DNA of 64,000 bases from Erysipelotrichaceae bacterium (GTDB lineage Bacteria; Bacillota_I; Bacilli_A; Erysipelotrichales; Erysipelotrichaceae): assembly GCA_012523895.1 (NCBI GenBank), contig JAAYSZ010000033.1, positions 59,389-123,388 of the forward strand, read 5' to 3'. The translations under genes and the position numbers were made by a program. Below, one piece after another: positions 9,444 through 16,358 of the stretch (positions are counted from its first letter, which is position 1; each line of letters starts with the position of its first letter). The notes below the pieces were generated by a model. The model made no database searches and was not told the origin of the DNA. It was given only the letters and a program-made list of their open reading frames with translations.

Positions 9444-10232
9444 TTAGTTTTCATTAGAAATTATGGATGTTGGCACACAAAATCGTGCCCTATCATCAAA
9501 GAGGCTAAAAACCTCCATATCTACTTCATAAAGTGATTTCATGGTTTCTTTATTTAATATTTCAGAAGGAGTCCCGCAAGAAAGTACAGTACCATTTTTC
9601 ATAGTAAGTATTTTGTCAGAAAACATATAGCTATGTTCAGGATCATGAGTTGTTTGTATTATTGTATAACCTTCTTTAGCGAGTGCTTTTATTTGTTTTA
9701 AAACAAGTATTTGATTTCCTCGATCTAGATTTGCGGTAGGTTCATCAAGTAATAAAACAGGAGCATTTTGAACTAAAGCACGTGCTATCATCACAAGTTG
9801 TCGCTCTCCACCAGAAGTATGATGAAAACATCTATCAGAAAGTTCTAATATACCTAATTTTTCAAGTGCTTTATCAACTTTGGCTTGTTCAGTAATTCCT
9901 GGAGAAGAAAATAATTTAAGATCATTGGTTGTACCCATGAGTACTATATCGCGTACGCTGAAATTAAATACAGGTTCTGATCTTTGAGGAACATATGCAA
10001 TCTGCTTTGCGAGCTCTTTCACACTTAAGCTAGAAGCATCTAAACCATTGATAGTTATTTTTCCTGTATATTCAGTTAAAAATCCTAAAATACACTTGAA
10101 AAGTGTGCTTTTTCCTACTCCATTTGGCCCTAATATTGAAAGAACCTCTCCTTTATAAGCAGTGAAACTCATATTATTTAAAACTAATTTTTTATCATAT
10201 GCAAATGATAGTTCTTTTATTTCTAAACTCAA
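9444..10232 (-). CDS. ABC transporter ATP-binding protein (FecE/BtuD type)
   Basis: Walker A GPNGVGKST, signature SGGERQ, Walker B LLLDEPT. Confidence 0.85.
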   Translation of the reverse strand: MSLEIKELSFAYDKKLVLNNMSFTAYKGEVLSILGPNGVGKSTLFKCILGFLTEYTGKITINGLDASSLSVKELAKQIAYVPQRSEPVFNFSVRDIVLMGTTNDLKLFSSPGITEQAKVDKALEKLGILELSDRCFHHTSGGERQLVMIARALVQNAPVLLLDEPTANLDRGNQILVLKQIKALAKEGYTIIQTTHDPEHSYMFSDKILTMKNGTVLSCGTPSEILNKETMKSLYEVDMEVFSLFDDRARFCVPTSIISNEN

Positions 10233-11308
10233 TATCTTTCACCTCTTCTAGTTATTAGGAAAATAAAGAAAGGAGCTCCAACAAATGCTGTTAAAATACC
10301 GATAGGAATTCCTGAGGTTGTCACATTTCTTGATATGTTATCTACTAATAATAGGAATATGCTACCACCTAGCATTGAAACAGGCATAAGCCATTGATAG
10401 TTATTTCCAACAATTCTTCTCATCATATGCGGTATAACAAGACCAATCCAACCTATTACTCCACTTACAGAAACCGCAGATGCAGTTACAAGAGTAGCTG
10501 ATATTATGGTAGCTATACGAATCTTTTCTGCATCTACACCCATGGATCTAGCTTCTTCATCCCCCATGGTTACAACATTAAGTCTCCAGCGAAGAAGGAT
10601 TAACGGAATTATGCCAGCTAACATTGGAAATATTACAAACTTGATTTCACTCCATTTAGCGCCTGCTAAAGAACCCATTAGCCAATAAGTTATCTGTGGT
10701 AGTTTATTAGTTGGATCAGCAACCAATTTTATAAAAGATGTTCCTGCATTAAAAAGGGAACTAACAATTATTCCTGCAAGAACAAGTCCTAGTACTTTTC
10801 CTCCTTTTACATAGTTGCTAATTCTAAAAACAAGTACAACTGTAATAAGACTCATTACAAATGCAGAAAGTGTAATGTTTACGTGTTTTAAATCTAAAAA
10901 TATTGCAAGGGCTGCTCCAAAACCAGCTCCTGCAGATGCTCCTAAAACATCTGGAGAAGCCATTGGATTTTGAAAAACACCTTGGTAAGAAGCTCCTGCT
11001 GCTGAAAGACATGCACCAACTAAAATAGATAATATAACTCTTGGCAATCTTACATTCCATACTGCAGCTTCCATCTGGTCTGTCCAAAATTTTTCTGAAC
11101 CATTAAAAAGATTAAAGATTTTATTTCCAAGTATAGCTAGTAGCTCTTTTAGTGGAACAGGATATCTTCCAAGTGTAAAAGATAAAAGCGTTAAAACAAT
11201 AAGTAAAATAGCAAAAATTATTATTGCTGAAGGTCCAGATAATTGTTTGTTCGAAGATATTTCGCTATTTTGTTCAGTTTTTATTTTTTTAGTGTTTTGT
11301 TTATTCAA
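10229..11308 (-). CDS. ABC transporter permease, FecCD/BtuC family
   Basis: Polytopic protein with the typical FecCD C-terminal pattern IPIGILTAFVGAPFFIFL. TTG start behind GAGGTG. Its stop overlaps the ATPase start. Confidence 0.85.
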   Translation of the reverse strand: MNKQNTKKIKTEQNSEISSNKQLSGPSAIIIFAILLIVLTLLSFTLGRYPVPLKELLAILGNKIFNLFNGSEKFWTDQMEAAVWNVRLPRVILSILVGACLSAAGASYQGVFQNPMASPDVLGASAGAGFGAALAIFLDLKHVNITLSAFVMSLITVVLVFRISNYVKGGKVLGLVLAGIIVSSLFNAGTSFIKLVADPTNKLPQITYWLMGSLAGAKWSEIKFVIFPMLAGIIPLILLRWRLNVVTMGDEEARSMGVDAEKIRIATIISATLVTASAVSVSGVIGWIGLVIPHMMRRIVGNNYQWLMPVSMLGGSIFLLLVDNISRNVTTSGIPIGILTAFVGAPFFIFLITRRGERY

Positions 11309-11317
11309 GTTTTCACC

Positions 11318-12046
11318 TCATAATAAGAAAGTTTTTCCAAATTCATAAGGAGGACCTGAAATTCCAGAAGTTTGTCGGTTTTTCAAGCCATTTGTATCAG
11401 TAATTACTAATCCAGCAAGTCTATCAATACCTAAATTTAAAAGTTCTGGGCAAAGTGGAACAGTAGGTCCAGCAAGTATTGTATAAGCATTTTTAGATAA
11501 TTCTAAAAGACGAGGAAGTGTTTTATTAATAAGGCTACTTCCAGTAATTATTACTATGTCACATTCTGGAAGTATCCATTCACATGCGGAAGCAGGATAG
11601 TCATTTGGTTTAGGATTAAGTTCAAGTATATAATATTTGGCTACTGCTTCTTTAACTTCTTTTGGCATTTTAAGATGTCCAACTATTCCTAATTTTTTTC
11701 CTGATAAATCAAGTCCTCTTGTACAATAATTTTCATAAGGTTCTTCACAGTTATACTGTTTCATTTTTTCTTCAGTATTAAGATATGCATTTGCAGATGC
11801 AAGACCAAGAGAAGCTTCTTCAAGATTCCAACTTTTTATTGCTTGTGAAGCTTTTGAAACATCCATTCCAATAAGACTTTCTTTAAATATAGGAGGACGA
11901 GTACTTCCTAAAGTAGTCATAGCGATACCTACATTATTTTTATTAGTTTCTACTAATGACCATGAATCACCCATAATAGTATCTACAATGATTTCTCCTT
12001 TAGGAATAGAATTTATTATAGTGTCATAAATTAAATTTTTATTCAT
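11318..12046 (-). CDS. DUF4213/DUF364 protein (Rossmann-like 'putative heavy-metal chelation' family)
   Basis: The pattern GIVGHL...ILE...DYPASACEWILPECDIVIITGSSLINKTLPRLLEL...ILAGPTVPL matches my recollection of DUF364. The function is unknown. Confidence 0.6.
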   Translation of the reverse strand: MNKNLIYDTIINSIPKGEIIVDTIMGDSWSLVETNKNNVGIAMTTLGSTRPPIFKESLIGMDVSKASQAIKSWNLEEASLGLASANAYLNTEEKMKQYNCEEPYENYCTRGLDLSGKKLGIVGHLKMPKEVKEAVAKYYILELNPKPNDYPASACEWILPECDIVIITGSSLINKTLPRLLELSKNAYTILAGPTVPLCPELLNLGIDRLAGLVITDTNGLKNRQTSGISGPPYEFGKTFLL

Positions 12047-12627
12047 TGTATTTCTCCATGTTCAATATATTTTTCTTTCCACTTTTTAAGTATGTTTAAT
12101 GCATTTTTATCTTTATAATTATTAATTTCTATTATTTTTATATCAGAATCTGATAATAAATTTAAATGAAATTGTTTTGTTGCTTTTAAGAAATCTGGAT
12201 GAAGATTTGTAGTTTTCAAGAGTTTTTCAGCGGAAGGAAGTGATTTTAAAACTCCAACACATGGAACTTGTGATTTAAGAAATAAATTGAAAGCTTCCAT
12301 AAATTCAGGTATTAAAATTTCAAAACCACCAATTTCATCTATAACCGCAAAAGGTTTAGTGGTAGCATCTTTTAAAAGGTTTGAAGCAAATATAGAAAAT
12401 GCTTCATTGTTTTTAACAGTCTTTCCTTCTTTAAATGTAAGAAATCTAACATGTTTATTATCTTTGCCTAAACCAAGGCTTACTATATCAAAACCTATAA
12501 GTTTATCGTGTTCTATTACTCGCTTAGTAATAAAACCACCAGCATAGTTAAGATTATCACCTAACACATTTTTTATAAGTGTGCTTTTACCACATCCTAT
12601 GGGACCTGTAATGAAAATTTTTTTCAA
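12043..12627 (-). CDS. THEP1-like P-loop nucleoside-triphosphatase
   Basis: Walker A GPIGCGKST, GGFITKRV...GFDIV, and Walker B-like VIDEIGGFE. Confidence 0.6.
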   Translation of the reverse strand: MKKIFITGPIGCGKSTLIKNVLGDNLNYAGGFITKRVIEHDKLIGFDIVSLGLGKDNKHVRFLTFKEGKTVKNNEAFSIFASNLLKDATTKPFAVIDEIGGFEILIPEFMEAFNLFLKSQVPCVGVLKSLPSAEKLLKTTNLHPDFLKATKQFHLNLLSDSDIKIIEINNYKDKNALNILKKWKEKYIEHGEIQ

Positions 12628-13634
12628 GATTTACTCCTAGTAGCTCTTAGTTCTATCATTTGAGCACATATGGAAATTGCTATTTCTTCAGGTGTTTCAG
12701 ATTTTATATCAAGTCCTATTGGTGTTGTTATTCTTTCAAAGTCTTTTTCATTAAAGCCTTGTTTTCTAAGCTCTGCTTGGACTCCAGCTATTTTATATTT
12801 ACTTCCAATTACTCCAATATAACATGCAGGTGTTTTTAAAACTTGTGCTTGAACTATTGTGTCGTGAGAGTGTCCACGTGTCATAATACAAACATAATCT
12901 TCAGGCCCTATTGTTATCTTTTCTAAGATATTATTAAAATCTACAAGAACAACATCTTCAGCATCGGGAAAGAGTTTTTTATCAGCAAATTCTGGACGAT
13001 CATCTGCGGCTATACATCTAAATCCAACATATGAAAGTATGGGAACTAGAGCTTGGCCTACATGACCACATCCAAAAATATAGACTTTACCAGAAAATCC
13101 TATTTGTTCAGCATACATATCCATATTTGTTTCTTTTACTCTTGTTGGTTGACGTGAAAGTTTATCAATAACAATTTCTGGTATATCAAATCCAAAACTT
13201 CCATCTGTTTTTGACCAAATAGCAAGTTTGCTTTCTTCTTTGATATCACTGATAAGCCAGATATCTTGGCCTAAATCAAATCTTCTTTCTGCTTCATTTA
13301 AAAGAGATAGAGTATTTTGATCTTTAGCGGGAATATAGTGGAAGAAAACTTCAACAGCACCACCACAAATCATACCTAGATTTTCTACATCATCTTTTGT
13401 AAGAGCAAAATTATGTCCGCTAGAACGTTTCTTTTTTAAAATTTCTGTAGCTATCTGTTCTGATTTAAATTCAACAGCACCACCACCAATAGTTCCTGTA
13501 AGCCTACCTTCTTTTCCAATAAGCATTCTTGCTCCTGTTCCTCGAGGAGTAGAACCTGATGAAGCAATTACTGTTACAAGAACTAAATCTTCTTTTAATA
13601 AGTAATCACTCATAAGTTTAAACATGTTTCGCAT
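12624..13634 (-). CDS. xdhC: XdhC/CoxI-family Mo-cofactor insertion/sulfuration accessory protein
   Basis: N-terminal XdhC_CoxI pattern (GSTPRGTGARMLI...GTIGGG) and C-terminal Rossmann motif IFGCGHVGQAL. I place the start at ATG 13634 behind GGAGG. Confidence 0.8.
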   Translation of the reverse strand: MRNMFKLMSDYLLKEDLVLVTVIASSGSTPRGTGARMLIGKEGRLTGTIGGGAVEFKSEQIATEILKKKRSSGHNFALTKDDVENLGMICGGAVEVFFHYIPAKDQNTLSLLNEAERRFDLGQDIWLISDIKEESKLAIWSKTDGSFGFDIPEIVIDKLSRQPTRVKETNMDMYAEQIGFSGKVYIFGCGHVGQALVPILSYVGFRCIAADDRPEFADKKLFPDAEDVVLVDFNNILEKITIGPEDYVCIMTRGHSHDTIVQAQVLKTPACYIGVIGSKYKIAGVQAELRKQGFNEKDFERITTPIGLDIKSETPEEIAISICAQMIELRATRSKS

Positions 13635-13668
13635 TTTGGCCTCCAATCTTTTTTGTTTAAAAATATTC

Positions 13669-14757
13669 TTATAATTTAATTATTTCTTGATTACATATTT
13701 TATTTATAGTTTCAATATTTTTTTTATTTATTTCAAACTTTTTTTCTATTATTTCCTTTAATTCATCAGTTTGAAATTTTTTAGCGCTTCTTTTAAATCT
13801 TTCATTTAGACCCACAACTTTATCTTCAAATACAACACGATCAGCAATAATTAATACTGCAAGTTCATCTATATTTTCAAAAATATAATTATCACAGTGT
13901 TTACCTATTATTTCTGCTTCTTTGTGATAACCTAATGCATCAATCCACTCTTTTCCAACTTTACAATGGTTTTTATTTGTTCTAGCTATATCGTGAAGTA
14001 ATGCCGTGTTTGTTATTAAATCAATATTTAAGTTGAATCCTTTTTCAATTAAACATAAACCTATTCTCTTAGCTTCTTTTGCTACTGCCATACTATGTTT
14101 TATTACATGTTCTGGTGTATTAGCCACATTAAGTAGTTGTAAACATAGATCTTCTGTAAGTAAAGGATTATATTGTTTTCCTATATATTCATCTGTAATA
14201 ATATTGTTTTTTAAATTAAGTTTTGATATTGAACAATAAGGTAAAAGTTTTCTGCCAGGTGGTAGCTCTTTTTTTAAAGTTTTAGAAAGAAAGGCATGCA
14301 TTATCGCAGAATGAGAAACTATGATAATATTTCCTTTTGTTTCTTTTAATATTTTTTTTAAAGCAAAATTAAATCTTATAAAAGCTTCTTCTTGATTTTC
14401 TGCACCTGGAGGTTGTAAAAAAGGATCTTTTCCTCTAGCTTCATAAAGTTTTGGCCATCGAACTTTAATTTCATCAAAAGAAAAACCATCCCATACACCA
14501 AAATTCATTTCTTCTAATCCATCAATTATTATTGGATTATTAAAGAATTCTGCTGTTTGGATGGCGCGTTTTAATCTACTACAAAATACATTTGAGATAT
14601 CAATGTCATTAAAATATTTTTCAGCTAAAAATGCTTGCATTTTTCCTATAGTAGAAAGATGCAAATCGGTATGTCCAATACAAACCTTTTTGCCATCAGG
14701 AAATTCTGGTAAACCATGGCGTATAAGATAGATTTCTCGCATTTTATTGGTCTCCAT
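13669..14757 (-). CDS. fusion protein: histidine phosphatase (CobC/PGM-like) N-domain plus HD phosphohydrolase C-domain
   Basis: LIRHG (RHG motif) and IIIVSHS in the N-terminal half; H...LHDIAR (HD motif) in the C-terminal half. The alternative start ATG 14742 (MREIYLIRHG) is equally plausible. Confidence 0.7.
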   Translation of the reverse strand: METNKMREIYLIRHGLPEFPDGKKVCIGHTDLHLSTIGKMQAFLAEKYFNDIDISNVFCSRLKRAIQTAEFFNNPIIIDGLEEMNFGVWDGFSFDEIKVRWPKLYEARGKDPFLQPPGAENQEEAFIRFNFALKKILKETKGNIIIVSHSAIMHAFLSKTLKKELPPGRKLLPYCSISKLNLKNNIITDEYIGKQYNPLLTEDLCLQLLNVANTPEHVIKHSMAVAKEAKRIGLCLIEKGFNLNIDLITNTALLHDIARTNKNHCKVGKEWIDALGYHKEAEIIGKHCDNYIFENIDELAVLIIADRVVFEDKVVGLNERFKRSAKKFQTDELKEIIEKKFEINKKNIETINKICNQEIIKL

Positions 14758-15683
14758 TATTTAAGTATTTCAGATAGATATTTTTCATAAAGCTCTATAG
14801 AAGCTTCTTTCATTGCTTTTTCATATTTACGATATTGTTCTAATAGCAACTTACCTTCTGGAGTTAGACTACTGCTACCTCCTCTAGAGCCACCTTGTTT
14901 ACGTAAAACTAAGTCAAAGCCTGCTTGAGATTCTATTGAATTAAGGGTTTTCCAACCTTTACTATAAGAAACTTGTATTCTTTGACAGGCTGTTTTAACT
15001 GATTTTGTTTCATCTATAAGCTCGAGTAAAAGTGCAATATTTGAGTCAAAAAACCTACTTTCTTTTTCAAGAGAAAGTTTAATAACAGGGCGCATCAATT
15101 GATTATTATGATATTCCAAAAGTTTATCAAATTCTTCAGGTGTGTCTGCATCGTATAATATGCCTTCATCTTCTATATAAACAAAACCTTCAGAAATATC
15201 TAGTTGTTTAAGAGCTTTTGCAAGACCACCTTCTCCGTTGTAATCTAATATAAGATTAATTGCTTTTGAAGAAAGAAGTATAGGATGACCCTTAATACCA
15301 CAACAGATTGGATACACTACATCACTTCGTTTTTTTAAAAGTTTTTTTACAGTATCAGCTCTAAAAAGAGGGATGTCAACAGGTGTAAATAAAACACGAT
15401 TACATTTATTTTTAAGGTAATTTAAACCTATACATGCTGAATCAAACATTTCAGTATTTTTATAATCTTCATTTCGAAGAAAAATCACACCACTTTTTGC
15501 AAGGTGCTTTTCAAGAACATCAGCATTATAACCAGTTACAACTACTATTTGAAAGACTCCTGCTTGTTGCAGTGTTGCAATAACACGCTGAGCCACGGAA
15601 ATAGAACCTATGCTTAACATAGGTTTGAAATCTCCCATTCTAGATGACATACCAGCAGCTGTTATTACTGCTCCTACTTTCAT
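14757..15683 (-). CDS. mocA: MocA-like molybdenum cofactor cytidylyltransferase fused to a ModE-N-type winged-helix DNA-binding domain
   Basis: N-terminal GAVITAAGMSSRMG NTP-transferase motif. The C-terminal SVKTACQRIQVSYSKGWKTLNSIESQAGFDLVLRKQGGSRGGSSSLTPEG equals the ModE/LysR-type HTH. As I recall it, this architecture is the one called the DVU_1551-family NTP transferase. Confidence 0.75.
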   Translation of the reverse strand: MKVGAVITAAGMSSRMGDFKPMLSIGSISVAQRVIATLQQAGVFQIVVVTGYNADVLEKHLAKSGVIFLRNEDYKNTEMFDSACIGLNYLKNKCNRVLFTPVDIPLFRADTVKKLLKKRSDVVYPICCGIKGHPILLSSKAINLILDYNGEGGLAKALKQLDISEGFVYIEDEGILYDADTPEEFDKLLEYHNNQLMRPVIKLSLEKESRFFDSNIALLLELIDETKSVKTACQRIQVSYSKGWKTLNSIESQAGFDLVLRKQGGSRGGSSSLTPEGKLLLEQYRKYEKAMKEASIELYEKYLSEILK

Positions 15684-15764
15684 GTATTCACCTTTCTTTC
15701 ATATCAAGACAAATTTAGATTATTATTTGATGCTTAGTATTATAAAATTATCAATAAACATATA

Positions 15765-15899
15765 AAAATAGCCGTTATTATTATTTATATTATAACACTC
15801 GCCTTAGCGAGTTGTAAACGTATACAACTTGTAAAAACAAACAACTTGAAAAGGTATTATACGCTTGTTATATTATAGATAGAGATAAACGGCTATTTT
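15765..15899. repeat. 12-bp perfect inverted repeat bracketing the promoter region
   Basis: AAAATAGCCGTT (15765-15776) and AACGGCTATTTT (15888-15899) are separated by 111 bp. The interval also holds GTTGTA-N6-TACAAC (15811-15828) and the direct repeat ACAACTTG at 15824-15831 and 15841-15848. Confidence 0.7.
15789..15818 (-). promoter_or_regulatory. sigma-A-type promoter for the mocA operon with an operator-like palindrome in the spacer
   Basis: The minus strand reads TTTACA, an 18-nt spacer, then TATAAT. The spacer contains ACTCGC-N4-GCGAGT (15797-15812). Confidence 0.55.
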
Positions 15900-15936
15900 A
15901 AAGCTTGTATATATAATTAAAAAATATAGAACGATT

Positions 15937-16200
15937 TTAATCTTCGTGATTATCACAGCGATGGACATCAGGTCCACCACCTGTCATATCTCTAAGACCA
16001 AGGAGTCCTTGTTCAGTATAGAATATAAGCGAAGTAGGTTTTCCTTGAATGTCTTCAGCAGAAAGTCGAAGAAAATTAGATGTTTCCAGATAACTTACAG
16101 GAAGTTTTCTAACATAAGCTTTTCCTGTCTCTTTATCGACTACTTTTACTTCTATTTCATCTGCACTGATTTTATTAGGCATATCGGCATTGCTATTCAT
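15937..16200 (-). CDS. hypothetical 87-aa protein with a His/Cys/Asp-rich C-terminal tail
   Basis: Strong AAGGAGA RBS 7 nt before the ATG. The protein ends ...MTGGGPDVHRCDNHED. I recognise no family. Confidence 0.55.
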   Translation of the reverse strand: MNSNADMPNKISADEIEVKVVDKETGKAYVRKLPVSYLETSNFLRLSAEDIQGKPTSLIFYTEQGLLGLRDMTGGGPDVHRCDNHED

Positions 16201-16358
16201 AAACTGTCTCCTTTCATATAATTATATGGTAACAGTTTATAACAAAAAATACACATAAGTATAATTTATTTTATACAAATATGGGCAATGTCTTAATGTA
16301 ATATTCATAATTGAAAATTAGGAGAATTTAAGAATCAAAAAGAAAAGGAGGTTCAAGA

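Noticed and set aside
15684-15936. A possible Moco or cobalamin riboswitch in the leader of the mocA / ABC-importer operon.
   Set aside because: I could not find the conserved cores I remember for either class; there is no B12-box-like GCCACTG and no Moco-motif conserved loops. The best promoter also lies in the middle of the region, so most of the symmetric sequence would not be transcribed into the operon mRNA.
15946-16221. A 91-aa + strand ORF overlapping the 87-aa minus-strand ORF.
   Set aside because: The minus-strand frame has a perfect AAGGAGA RBS and a normal amino-acid composition. The + strand frame is F/I/S/C-rich with no RBS. Only one can be real, and I chose the minus-strand frame.
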